DNA from: Deltaproteobacteria bacterium
GTDB taxonomy: Bacteria > Desulfobacterota > Syntrophobacteria > Syntrophobacterales > Syntrophobacteraceae
Direction of reading: 5' to 3'
Assembly (NCBI GenBank): GCA_021793275.1
Contig: JAJYTC010000001.1
Coordinates: forward strand, 26,045-90,044
Length of the DNA: 64,000 nt
Shown here one piece after another: positions 9,433 through 18,529 of the stretch. The first letter of the stretch is position 1; each line of letters begins with the position of its first letter. The notes beneath the pieces were generated by a model. That model had not been told where the DNA came from. It did not search any database and worked only from the letters and a program-made list of their open reading frames with translations. The translations under genes were made by a program, and so were the position numbers.

Positions 9433-9618
9433 ATGGCCGAGAAAAAAATGCCCCACCCGCATCACGAGGAGCACCTCTGCTATCTCCAGAACATCGGATT
9501 CGTTCAGTCAAATCCGGAGGATTACAAAAAACTGGTGCGAAAACCCGCTTACTTCTGCAGCAACTGCGGACGGGCCGCTGCTGAAGAAAAGAACCTCTGC
9601 AAGCCGGAGAAATTATAA
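9433..9618 (+). CDS. 61-aa Cys/His-rich hypothetical protein
   Basis: 'HPHHEEHLCYL...YFCSNCGR...NLCKPE'. An AAGGA sits upstream and a strong hairpin follows. Confidence 0.45.
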   Translation: MAEKKMPHPHHEEHLCYLQNIGFVQSNPEDYKKLVRKPAYFCSNCGRAAAEEKNLCKPEKL

Positions 9619-9627
9619 AGTCCGCAG

Positions 9628-9663
9628 GAAGAGCGAGCGGGAAGGATCGGCCGCTCACTCTTC
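9628..9663. terminator. 13-bp hairpin between convergent genes
   Basis: GAAGAGCGAGCGG pairs with CCGCTCACTCTTC with one mismatch. There is no clear T-run. Confidence 0.4.
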
Positions 9664-9670
9664 TCGCAGC

Positions 9671-12592
9671 TCAGAGCAGTCTGAAAGTGTTCAACCACCC
9701 GGGGCGCTCCGCGAGGGCCGATTCGATGGCCGTTTGCGAACCCAGCACCTTCACGATTCCATCCCTGTTCATTTGATCGAGAACCTCGGCAAATACTCTG
9801 AAATCGTTTACGGTAGCGCCAAGGATCTGCTCGCGCATCTGCTGGCGGATTTCATCCGTTTCTCCGGTAAAACTGCGCAGCATCGAAACATAACCCTTCA
9901 TATCCGGCAGCATGAAGGAATCGATCTCTCCAATGGCGCCGACTATCGCCTTTGCCACCTCATCATCGGAAATGTCGGCATCGCGGAGAAATTGGGCGGC
10001 ACCGTCGAAATTTTCAAGGGTTTTCATTAAGTTGGGGTCGCGGTAGGAGAGGAAGGTGAAGACCCCCGATATGCGGTCGAAAAGACAGAATCCCCCGTAT
10101 GCCCCTCCCTGCACACGCACCTTTTCCCAAAGCCAGGTGCTGCTGAGATAGCCCGAAATCACCTTGCTCGACCCGTGCGCTTCATAACCCGCGCGGTAAA
10201 GGTTAGCCCCTTTTCCCACGTAGTTTACCTGCGAGGGGACAATTATCCCTTCGAATTCCGGGAAAAGCGCGGGTTGCCATTCGGGCTCGGCTGCCGCCCG
10301 GTCCGGAAGCGAATCGAGGATGCTTGGCATGGCGCGCTCGATCGTCTGAAGATCCTTTCTATCCGCAGTAAGGTTGAAAACCGCCAACGAGCGGCCGGCT
10401 ATCAACCCGCGCACCTTCTCCAGGTCCGCGAGCACTGCGCCCCAGTTTTCATCGATTCTTTCGGCAAGTTTTCCAAGGAAAAGGAAGTAGCTTATCCCAT
10501 CGGTCAGCTCTTTTACCCAATCGGCCAGGCTGAAATGAGCGCGGATACGCTGATTGATTACCTGGTGACCGCTCGGGACGATTTTTCTCTCCTGTCTTGC
10601 CTTTTCTTCAAGCACGATTTGCCGGAACCGCTCCCTGTTGTCGAGCTTCACGGCGCCGAGCACTTCGGCCAGGATATCGGCGAGTTCGCCGGTCTGGGCG
10701 GTCATGCTTTTAGCCCTCAGGAAAAGCCATGTCGCCGGCACACTGTCGCCCATTACGGTTGAAGTAAACATCACCGGATGGATTCCCCCCGTTTTCCGGC
10801 TGATTTTTTGCGACAAGGACGCGAAATCCTGAAACTCGGTCCCCATTTCGAGCAGGAGGCGGCCGAAGAGGGGCGCGTAAGGCAGATACTCGGCGGGCAG
10901 CGCCCGGAGATTGAACCCGACGTCAAGATACGTTATGCCGCTTGTGAAAAGATCGTGATAGAACCCGCGCACACCGTCCAGAGGCCAGGTTTCCATCGGA
11001 ATTGTTTTGTTTCGCCTGTCCAGATCGCTCACCTTCAGCACCGGGATCGTTGCGAGGGCTTCCGGAGAATCCGGCGAGGATTGCATCTTTTCGAGGATTT
11101 TGGCGTTTTCGATTACACTTCGGACCTCATCGGCTGAAAACGAATTTTTGACCGTCTCGAGTCTTCCGGTTTCCACTTCGTTTTCCCTCTCGGTCAATCC
11201 GACCTCGGGTCTCAGCAAAACGACGGTCCTGTGCGGGTTTTCGAGGAAATGTTCGCGTATCAGACCCTCCAGGAAACCAGCCGATTTCAGATTTTCCTTT
11301 ACACGGCCAAGAGGCGCCTCGAAAGCCGGCAGGGAAAGCGGATCCGCATCATAGAGCCAGGTTGAGAGGGAGCGCAGCATCACAGCCAGCCCTTGAGGAA
11401 AGTGTCCGTAGTTGTTCTCGCGAAGCCTGAACTCGATGGTATTAACAGCCGCTTCGACTGTCGCAGGATCGATACCGTCGCGTGCAAGGGCCGAAAGGGT
11501 CTCGAAAATGAGGCTTTCAACCTTGCCTCCGTTCTCGACGAGGATCCCCTTCAGTCCCGTCGAAAAGTAGAGCTGGCGCAACTCGGTCTCCAGGCCCGTT
11601 CCGGCCAAATCTTCACCCAGCCGCGATTCTATGAGCGCCCTTCTCAGAGGTGAGCCCGGCATCCCGATCAGGACGTATTCGAGGACCCGGAAGGCAAGAT
11701 TTAGTTCGGCGTCCGTGGCCTCGGGAAGAAGCCAGTTAACCGTGATCATACCTTTCAGACCGCCCGCCGCAGCCTCGTCGCCGCTTACTCCAAAGGAGCG
11801 GACGATCCTGGCCGGCGAGGTTCCACGCCTCTGCAAAAGCACGGAGGACTCGACCCCGGCCCGGCTGAAATCCTTCAGATACTCCTCGATTATCTCCAGC
11901 CTTCGGTCCGGATCGTCATTTCCGTAAAAATAAATTCTCGAGTTTGAAGGGTGATAGAAACTTTCGTAGAAAGATTTGAACCGCTCGTAGGTAAGAGTCG
12001 GGATTACTTTGGGGTCGCCCCCCGACTCCAGCCCGTAGGTGGTGTCGGGAAAAAGAGACTGCTGCGAGAGTTCCATGAGCAAGCTGTCGGGCGAAGAATA
12101 GACTCCTTTCATTTCATTGTAGACCACTCCCTTTATCCCGAGCGCACCGTCGGGTTCGGCCATCTCATAGTGCCAGCCCTCCTGCTGGAAGACGAAAGGG
12201 GTGAGGCGCGGGTAAAAAACCGCGTCCAGATACACGTCGATGAGGTTATAGAAATCCTGGACGTTCTGGCTGGCGACCGGATAGCATGTCTTGTCGGGGT
12301 AAGTGAAGGCATTTAGAAAGGTCTTAAGGGATCCTTTGACCAGTTCGACGAAAGGCTCCTTTACCGGATATTTTCTGGAACCGCACAGGACCGAGTGTTC
12401 GAGAATGTGGGCCACTCCGGTCGAGTCCGACGGAGGCGTGCGGAAACAGACGCCGAATACTTTGTTGTCGTCATCGTTTGTCATGGAAAGCACTTCGGCG
12501 CCGGTCGCAATATGCCTGTAAAACCGGACCAAACTTTTCATTTCACGGATTTCCCTGTCAAAAATCAGTTCGAATTTTTCTTTTGCCGACAT
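9671..12592 (-). CDS. M16C-family (PreP/insulinase-like) zinc metallopeptidase
   Basis: About 973 aa, with the inverted zincin motif 'HILEHSVLCGS'. The track ORF extends to 13060, but the ATG at 12592 has a GGAG RBS and avoids overlapping the divergent gene. Confidence 0.9.
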   Translation of the reverse strand: MSAKEKFELIFDREIREMKSLVRFYRHIATGAEVLSMTNDDDNKVFGVCFRTPPSDSTGVAHILEHSVLCGSRKYPVKEPFVELVKGSLKTFLNAFTYPDKTCYPVASQNVQDFYNLIDVYLDAVFYPRLTPFVFQQEGWHYEMAEPDGALGIKGVVYNEMKGVYSSPDSLLMELSQQSLFPDTTYGLESGGDPKVIPTLTYERFKSFYESFYHPSNSRIYFYGNDDPDRRLEIIEEYLKDFSRAGVESSVLLQRRGTSPARIVRSFGVSGDEAAAGGLKGMITVNWLLPEATDAELNLAFRVLEYVLIGMPGSPLRRALIESRLGEDLAGTGLETELRQLYFSTGLKGILVENGGKVESLIFETLSALARDGIDPATVEAAVNTIEFRLRENNYGHFPQGLAVMLRSLSTWLYDADPLSLPAFEAPLGRVKENLKSAGFLEGLIREHFLENPHRTVVLLRPEVGLTERENEVETGRLETVKNSFSADEVRSVIENAKILEKMQSSPDSPEALATIPVLKVSDLDRRNKTIPMETWPLDGVRGFYHDLFTSGITYLDVGFNLRALPAEYLPYAPLFGRLLLEMGTEFQDFASLSQKISRKTGGIHPVMFTSTVMGDSVPATWLFLRAKSMTAQTGELADILAEVLGAVKLDNRERFRQIVLEEKARQERKIVPSGHQVINQRIRAHFSLADWVKELTDGISYFLFLGKLAERIDENWGAVLADLEKVRGLIAGRSLAVFNLTADRKDLQTIERAMPSILDSLPDRAAAEPEWQPALFPEFEGIIVPSQVNYVGKGANLYRAGYEAHGSSKVISGYLSSTWLWEKVRVQGGAYGGFCLFDRISGVFTFLSYRDPNLMKTLENFDGAAQFLRDADISDDEVAKAIVGAIGEIDSFMLPDMKGYVSMLRSFTGETDEIRQQMREQILGATVNDFRVFAEVLDQMNRDGIVKVLGSQTAIESALAERPGWLNTFRLL

Positions 12593-12754
12593 GAGTTTTC
12601 TCCACAATTTATATATCCCCGGCAAACCTGTAGGAAAATATATGGTGCGGGGCTTTGCCCCGCACTTTTCCAACGGGCCGTTTTGCGGGTAGTCGATGCA
12701 ATAAAGTAAGGCATGATGTATTTTAATACAAATGAGTTCGAAGGACTTCCTGGA

Positions 12755-13519
12755 ATGAAAATCAAATTCATCGGCGTGGGCGAAGCATTTGACGAAGAAC
12801 TGCCCAATACCTCCATACAGGTGGTTGTTGAAGAAAGCGGCATCGAGCATTGCATCCTTCTCGACTGCGGCTTTACCGTGCCTCCTTGCTTTTGGAAAAG
12901 CTGTCCGGATGCCGAGAGCCTCGATGCGATCTGGATATCCCATTTTCACGGCGACCATTTCTTCGGTCTTCCCGCCCTGTTTACCAGGTTTCGGGAAATG
13001 AACCGCAGAAAGCCGCTTCTCATTATCGGCCAGCAGGGCGCAGCCCAAACAGTGACACAAACTTTCAGGCTGGCATACCCCTCCACGGTGGACAAGCTCG
13101 GATACGAACTTCGCTTCGTTTCGCTCGAACCCGGGGAAGTTGTGAGCGCGGCAGGCGTTGTCTGGCGAAGTGCGCTAAACGGGCACTCTCGAAGAGATTT
13201 GGCCGTTCGAATGGAAAAAGGCGGCAAATCGGTTTTTTACAGCGGAGACGGGCTATGGACCGATGAGACGCTTTCGCTTGCACGGGGCGCAGACCTTGCG
13301 ATTCACGAGGCATTTCGTATCGACGCGGAGTTCCCCGGGCATGCAACTGTTTCGAACTGCATAGATTTTGCCCGAAAGGCAAATGTCCGCCGTCTCGCCC
13401 TGGTTCACATCGAACGTAATGAAAGAAGGCTAAGGCGCGGGGACATTTTGCGGATGGCCGCCGAGGTTTCGGATCTGGAGGTTTTTTTGCCCGAACCAGG
13501 CGATGAGATCCTGATCTAA
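12755..13519 (+). CDS. MBL-fold metallo-hydrolase (RNase Z-like)
   Basis: Contains 'ISHFHGDHFFG' (HxHxDH) and a later 'HEAF' segment. Confidence 0.8.
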   Translation: MKIKFIGVGEAFDEELPNTSIQVVVEESGIEHCILLDCGFTVPPCFWKSCPDAESLDAIWISHFHGDHFFGLPALFTRFREMNRRKPLLIIGQQGAAQTVTQTFRLAYPSTVDKLGYELRFVSLEPGEVVSAAGVVWRSALNGHSRRDLAVRMEKGGKSVFYSGDGLWTDETLSLARGADLAIHEAFRIDAEFPGHATVSNCIDFARKANVRRLALVHIERNERRLRRGDILRMAAEVSDLEVFLPEPGDEILI

Positions 13520-13961
13520 CGGGCGATCTCTTTTTTGCCCGAACGATCACTTTCTCTTGACAATACGACAAGCTTCCATTAGGTTTGACGCCCGCATAGA
13601 GGCCATTTTATCTAGTGGTTCTTTAATAGTCAGGCAAAATTAATTAAGGTTTTCGATAGATATGCATACATGAAGGTGAGCCCGTATCCGCCTCATCTCC
13701 GCACCCACCAGACTAGCCAGTTTAGATCCGGTTCGATCTACACCAGCCTGCCGGAGCGAGACGGAGCGACTCGCGTAACTTGGCGCTTTTTTTCACAATT
13801 TCAGACTAAGCCTGTTGCGGACTGGGGGGTCGGCAGTCCGTAAGGATGATCTCGCTGGAAGGAGGACCTAAAAACACCAGGTTGAAGTTCGAGGGGCGCG
13901 CAGTCTCTCACGAAGTCATCATTTCACGTTCTATTTAATCAAAACTTACAAGGAGGTCTAA

Positions 13962-16010
13962 ATGAAACCTAGTGTGATCGCCATGTTCGCCCTCGCATGC
14001 GGTGGTCTCGGCGTCCTGTATGCGTTGGTGACCGCAGCGTGGGTTACCAAGCAAAGCGCCGGCTCCGAGAAAATGCAGGCCATCTCGGAAGCGATCCGGG
14101 AAGGCGCGACGGCATTTCTTAGCAGAGAGTATAAAACCGTCGCCGTTGTCGCTGTGGTCCTGACAGGGCTTCTTACCTACCTCGGGATCTGGACAGCAAT
14201 CGGATTCGTTATCGGTGCTTTCGGCTCGGCGCTTGCGGGCTACATTGGGATGACGGTTACCGTTAAAGCAAACGTACGGACCACCGAAGCTGCCAAGGAC
14301 GGGTTGCAGAAGGCCCTCACAGTGGCCTTCAAAGGCGGGTCGGTTACCGGCATCATGGTCGTTGGCCTCGGCCTTATCGGCATCACCGGTTATTACGTGG
14401 TCGTCAAATCGATGGCGCCCCCCGCTCAGGTATTCCACGCCCTTATCGGCCTCGGTTTCGGATGCTCGCTCATGAGCGTTTTCGCTCGTATCGCGGGCGG
14501 TATTTACACCAAGGCTGCTGACGTCGGCGCCGACCTGGTCGGCAAAGTCGAAGCCGGCATCCCCGAAGACGATCCCAGGAACGCCGCGGTTATCGCGGAC
14601 AACGTCGGCGACAATGTCGGCGACTGCGCCGGCATGGCTGCAGACCTCTACGAAACCTATACCGTAACGCTGGTTGCCGCAATGCTTCTGGCGAAGACGG
14701 TTTTCGGTCCGAACAGCCCCTGGGTGGAATTTCCGCTCCTGATCGGCGGCATCTCGATCATAGCCTCGATCATCGGCACCTACTTCGTGCGCCTTGGCAA
14801 AAATGAATACATCATGGGCGCTCTTTACAAAGGCCTTGCAGTCTCCGGCATTCTGGCCGCAGGCGCCTTCTATTTCGCTTCGAAGTGGTTCCTGGCCACC
14901 CCCGGCCTCAAGGCCGACGGCTTCACCGCTATGAGCGTTTTCACAACGGCTGTCATCGGTCTGGTTTTGACCGGCTTGATCGTTATGATCACCGAGTACT
15001 TCACCTCCAAGAGTTTCGGTCCCGTTAAGCACATTGCCGCGGCAAGCGTCACCGGCCACGGCACCAACGTTATCTCGGGTCTGGCTGTCAGCATGAAGTC
15101 AACCGCAGCCCCGGCGCTGGTAATCTGCGGCGCTATCGTCTGGGCCTATCAGCTCGGAGGCGGCTTTGCCGGCAATCCGGGCGGAGGTCTTTTTGCAATC
15201 GCTCTTTCCGCGGTCGCTATGCTGTCGATGACCGGCATCGTCGTTGCCATCGACTCTTACGGCCCCATTACCGACAACGCGGGCGGCATCGCCGAAATGG
15301 CCGAGCTTCCCGAGAGTGTCCGTGCGGTCACCGACCCCCTGGATGCAGTCGGCAACACCACCAAGGCCGTTACAAAGGGTTACGCCATCGGCTCGGCAGC
15401 TCTTGCCGCCCTGGTGCTCTTCGCAGAATACTCCCGGTCTGTTCCCGGCATTGCGTTCGACCTGTCCAGCCCGAAGGTCATCGTAGGTCTGTTCATCGGC
15501 GGTCTTCTGCCCTACTTCTTCGGTTCGCTTCTGATGGAAGCCGTTGGTAAGGCCGCAGGCGGCGTTGTCGAGGAAGTTCGCCGTCAATTCCGCGAAATCC
15601 CGGGCATCATGGAAGGCACTGCCAAGCCCGAATACGGCAAATGCGTCGATATCGTGACCAAGGGCGCCATCAAGGAAATGATGCTCCCGGCCCTCATTCC
15701 GGTTGCCGCACCTATCCTGGTCGGTTTTCTGATTGGTAAAGAGGCCCTGGGAGGCGTTCTCATCGGCGCGATCATCACGGGTCTTTTCCAGGCCATCGCG
15801 ATGACCAGCGGCGGCGGCGCATGGGACAACGCAAAGAAGTTCATCGAAGACGGCATGTATGGCGGCAAAGGTTCGGACGCCCACAAGTCGGCAGTCACCG
15901 GCGATACCGTAGGCGACCCGTACAAGGATACCGCAGGCCCGGCAATCAACCCGATGATCAAGGTCATCAACATTGTCGCGCTGCTTATCGTGCCTCTGTT
16001 GACGAAGTAA
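13962..16010 (+). CDS. hppA: membrane-bound H+/Na+-translocating pyrophosphatase
   Basis: 682-aa polytopic protein with '[10 protein letters not shown]', 'DNAGGIAEM' and '[14 protein letters not shown]'. An AAGGAGG RBS precedes the start. Confidence 0.95.
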   Translation: MKPSVIAMFALACGGLGVLYALVTAAWVTKQSAGSEKMQAISEAIREGATAFLSREYKTVAVVAVVLTGLLTYLGIWTAIGFVIGAFGSALAGYIGMTVTVKANVRTTEAAKDGLQKALTVAFKGGSVTGIMVVGLGLIGITGYYVVVKSMAPPAQVFHALIGLGFGCSLMSVFARIAGGIYTKAADVGADLVGKVEAGIPEDDPRNAAVIADNVGDNVGDCAGMAADLYETYTVTLVAAMLLAKTVFGPNSPWVEFPLLIGGISIIASIIGTYFVRLGKNEYIMGALYKGLAVSGILAAGAFYFASKWFLATPGLKADGFTAMSVFTTAVIGLVLTGLIVMITEYFTSKSFGPVKHIAAASVTGHGTNVISGLAVSMKSTAAPALVICGAIVWAYQLGGGFAGNPGGGLFAIALSAVAMLSMTGIVVAIDSYGPITDNAGGIAEMAELPESVRAVTDPLDAVGNTTKAVTKGYAIGSAALAALVLFAEYSRSVPGIAFDLSSPKVIVGLFIGGLLPYFFGSLLMEAVGKAAGGVVEEVRRQFREIPGIMEGTAKPEYGKCVDIVTKGAIKEMMLPALIPVAAPILVGFLIGKEALGGVLIGAIITGLFQAIAMTSGGGAWDNAKKFIEDGMYGGKGSDAHKSAVTGDTVGDPYKDTAGPAINPMIKVINIVALLIVPLLTK

Positions 16011-16048
16011 GAATGCTAAGCGGGGTTTGTCCCGTTTGACCAAAACGA

Positions 16049-16083
16049 AACCGGCGGTCCTTTTAAGGGCTGCCGGTTTTTTT
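16049..16083 (+). terminator. rho-independent terminator of hppA
   Basis: A stem of about 12-14 bp (AACCGGCGGTCC/GGGCTGCCGGTT, with two G-U pairs) followed by T7. Confidence 0.75.
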
Positions 16084-16127
16084 ATGACGGGGATCAGATA
16101 TCAGGCGCAAATATCAGATTGGTCGGT

Positions 16128-16162
16128 GTTGTCGGGGTTCGCTTCGGCTCACCACAACCTAC
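16128..16162. repeat. degenerate REP of the GTTGGGGTTCGC..CACCCCAAC type
   Basis: 'gttgtcggggttcgcttcggctcaccacaacctac' compares with 'gttggggttcgcattcgctcaccccaacatac' at 60493. Confidence 0.4.
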
Positions 16163-16215
16163 CGTGCTGCCTTTCACCCATCGGTCCACTACGAGAAATT
16201 CGGTGCGGCCCGCAG

Positions 16216-16252
16216 GATGGGTGAAGTCCCGCTCTTCGGGACGTAACCCATC
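16216..16252. repeat. REP hairpin (GATGGGT...ACCCATC) downstream of RAYT-1
   Basis: Nested stems: GATGGGT/ACCCATC on the outside and GTCCCG/CGGGAC inside. Confidence 0.55.
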
Positions 16253-16273
16253 GCCTTTGACCACCGGTTCGGA

Positions 16274-16810
16274 TCATTCCCCGAAATCGCCATCCAACCC
16301 GGTCTTGGGGCCGCCCCAATCAACCGTATACACACCGCGTTCCACGTAATGATGAAAGGTAGAATGCGGCCAATCCGACACCCTCTGAACCAGCCGGTGT
16401 TTTACAGGGTTATAATGGATATAGTCCAGATGGTTGTTAAGATCGTCCTCATCCCGGATGGTGTGTTCCCAAAATCTACGTTGCCAGACACCACGTTCGC
16501 CTTTTATCTTACGGCTCGAAGAGACGCGCTCCGCCAGAGGCAGCGCGCGTGAGAACCAAGCCTTAATTCGCCGCCATCGTTGCGAATAGTCCGAATCGCC
16601 TTCAGGCATCCGCCATATTGCGTGCAGGTGATCGGGGAGAATAACGAGGGCAACGTTTACAAAAGGGGCGCGTTCATGTTCATCTCGAAATGCGGATTTC
16701 AAATCTTGAATGCGTCTAACCAATAAATCGAGATTCCGTCGCGCAATGGTTACCGTGAAGAAATATGCCGCTCCCGGTAGGCGACTGCGCCGGTAATTGG
16801 TCATAGTCAT
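16274..16810 (-). CDS. REP-associated tyrosine transposase (RAYT, IS200/IS605 Y1 family), copy 1
   Basis: Contains the HUH motif 'LPDHLHAIW', plus 'WQRRFWEH' and 'YIHYNPVKH' with the catalytic Tyr region. Confidence 0.9.
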   Translation of the reverse strand: MTMTNYRRSRLPGAAYFFTVTIARRNLDLLVRRIQDLKSAFRDEHERAPFVNVALVILPDHLHAIWRMPEGDSDYSQRWRRIKAWFSRALPLAERVSSSRKIKGERGVWQRRFWEHTIRDEDDLNNHLDYIHYNPVKHRLVQRVSDWPHSTFHHYVERGVYTVDWGGPKTGLDGDFGE

Positions 16811-16840
16811 GTCCAGATAAACGTCAGAGGGCGAGGAAGA

Positions 16841-16867
16841 GATGGGTTGCGCTGCGCTCCACCCATC
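16841..16867. repeat. REP hairpin (GATGGGT...ACCCATC) upstream of RAYT-1
   Basis: 'gatgggttgcgctgcgctccacccatc'. It has the same stem as 16216-16252 and translates to the classic 'GCAALHPSYG' artefact ORF. Confidence 0.55.
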
Positions 16868-16905
16868 CTACGGTCTACGGTCTCTGCCGGCATGGTCAAT
16901 CCCGG

Positions 16906-16946
16906 GATGGATTGAGTGGGTGGGGGGGGGCTGGCCACAATCCATC
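16906..16946. repeat. 9-bp hairpin GATGGATTG/CAATCCATC with a G-rich loop
   Basis: It lies just downstream of the meaB stop on the minus strand. It could be REP-like or a terminator. Confidence 0.35.
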
Positions 16947-16964
16947 ACATTATTTCGTATGAGA

Positions 16965-17921
16965 TTACCTCAACCCCTTATCTACAATTTGCTCGACGGC
17001 CGTATAGGGGTCCAATTCCCTGTCGACGATCCTTCTCACCAACTCATCGATCGAATCTCCCCGCGCCTCGATTCTTTCCAGCACAGCCTTGAACGCCTCG
17101 TCCCTGAGCGCACCCATGAGCTGAATTTTCGTGCGCTTTTCGACGACCTCACGCCACTTTTCCGAACCCGTGGCCTGAAGGAAGGTCCTGTGCTTTTCAA
17201 TCGTCTCGTAGAGCTTGTCGATCCCACGGCCCTTCATGGCTTCGGTTTCCACGATCTGCGGTTCCCAGTCATCGCCGTTGCGCCTTCGGGAGTTGATCTC
17301 GATGAGGTTCATCAGTTCGCGAACGGTCTTCCGGGAACCTTCCCGGTCAGCTTTGTTCACCACGAATATGTTGCCGATTTCCATGATGCCCGCTTTGATC
17401 GCCTGTATATCGTCGCCCATTCCGGGTATCGTCACCAATACGGTCGTATGCGCACTGTTTGCGATTTCCACTTCGTCCTGGCCTACCCCGACCGTTTCGA
17501 CCAGGATAACGTCCTTACCCGCCGCGTCGAGAACGTTGACCATGTCGTTTGTGGATTTGGACAGACCACCGAATTGGCCCCGGGTGGCAAGGCTGCGGAT
17601 AAAAACACCCGGGTCGAGAAAATGCCGCTGCATGCGAATGCGGTCGCCCAGTATGGCGCCTCCGGTAAACGGGCTTGTCGGATCGACAGCCAAAATGCCG
17701 ACCGTCTTGGATTCCTTGCGGTAAAAGCCCGCGATTTGGTCTACAAGCGTGCTCTTGCCGACCCCGGGCGATCCCGTGAAGCCGATGACATGAGCTTTGC
17801 CCGTGTGAGGATAGAGCCTCTGAAGGACACTCCTGGAGGAAGGAAGCTCATCGTCGATATCCCGGAGGATACGCGCTATGGTCCTGACATCGCCTGAAAC
17901 TATCTGTTGGATGATATCCAT
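16965..17921 (-). CDS. meaB: methylmalonyl-CoA mutase-associated G3E GTPase
   Basis: Contains the P-loop 'GSPGVGKST' and 'VVNKADREG'. It is the last gene of the mutase operon. Confidence 0.9.
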   Translation of the reverse strand: MDIIQQIVSGDVRTIARILRDIDDELPSSRSVLQRLYPHTGKAHVIGFTGSPGVGKSTLVDQIAGFYRKESKTVGILAVDPTSPFTGGAILGDRIRMQRHFLDPGVFIRSLATRGQFGGLSKSTNDMVNVLDAAGKDVILVETVGVGQDEVEIANSAHTTVLVTIPGMGDDIQAIKAGIMEIGNIFVVNKADREGSRKTVRELMNLIEINSRRRNGDDWEPQIVETEAMKGRGIDKLYETIEKHRTFLQATGSEKWREVVEKRTKIQLMGALRDEAFKAVLERIEARGDSIDELVRRIVDRELDPYTAVEQIVDKGLR

Positions 17922-18000
17922 GAATCAGTTCCTTCGGCGGAGCCAAAAAAAATGGTCTCCGCCAGACCTGGAAAAACAACGAGGGAATAGAAGACTTCCC

Positions 18001-18444
18001 TTACCCTGAAACCCGCGCAGAACCGCTTTCATCGGCATCCATACGCGGGCTGATATTTGTTCCCACCCACTCTATGATCTCGCCGAGTTTTGCTCCCGGT
18101 TCGAATATCTCCTTTATGCCGGCTTCCTTTAGCCTCGGAATGTCTTCCATAGGGAATATGCCTCCCCCGATCACCGAGATATCCTCCGCATTGTTTTCCT
18201 TCAGAAGCTCTATGACGCGGGGAAAGGAGTATCTGTGCGCGCCCGAAAGTATGCTCAGCCCTATGAGATCAACGTCTTCCTGAATGGCCGTGCTCACGAT
18301 CTGCTCGGGCGTTTGATGACATCCTGTGTAGACGACCTCGAAGCCCGCGTCACGAAAAGCGCGGGCCACTACCCGGGCGCCGCGGTCATGGCCGTCCAGC
18401 CCCGGTTTGGCAACCAATATACGAAGCTTCCTCGCATTTGCCAT
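18001..18444 (-). CDS. acyl-CoA mutase B12-binding subunit
   Basis: '[32 protein letters not shown]' carries the DxHxxG cobalamin motif. An AGGGAGGAAGG RBS precedes the ATG at 18444. Confidence 0.9.
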   Translation of the reverse strand: MANARKLRILVAKPGLDGHDRGARVVARAFRDAGFEVVYTGCHQTPEQIVSTAIQEDVDLIGLSILSGAHRYSFPRVIELLKENNAEDISVIGGGIFPMEDIPRLKEAGIKEIFEPGAKLGEIIEWVGTNISPRMDADESGSARVSG

Positions 18445-18529
18445 GGAAACCTTCCTCCCTGCATACGGATATCGGGCGCAGGGCATCGGATATCCCCCCG
18501 GATGCCCGACACCTGACATCCGGCAGCTG

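Noticed and set aside
9275-10030. A 251-aa plus-strand ORF spanning the small-ORF region and the peptidase 3' end.
   Set aside because: It is antisense to the well-supported M16 peptidase for half its length and has Arg/Ser-rich nonsense composition.
12593-13060. N-terminal 156-aa extension of the M16 peptidase ORF in the track.
   Set aside because: It has no homology-like sequence and overlaps the divergent MBL hydrolase gene. The internal ATG at 12592 has a GGAG RBS and begins the conserved region.
13935-16043. Long minus-strand ORFs (374 aa and 314 aa) antisense to hppA.
   Set aside because: These are shadow ORFs of a GC-rich gene. Their products are Gly/Asp/Arg-rich low-complexity sequences with no motifs, whereas the plus-strand product is an unmistakable pyrophosphatase. 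The same reasoning applies to 6728-7663, 16842-17897, 19349-20335, 25618-26340, 26684-27856, 28297-29061, 30873-31946, 44749-46056, 46955-47986, 52803-53816 and 55868-56590.
16887-16900. A 14-nt identity 'ccggcatggtcaat' near both RAYT loci (also at 59557-59570).
   Set aside because: A single 14-mer match is expected by chance in 64 kb on two strands. The flanks do not align.
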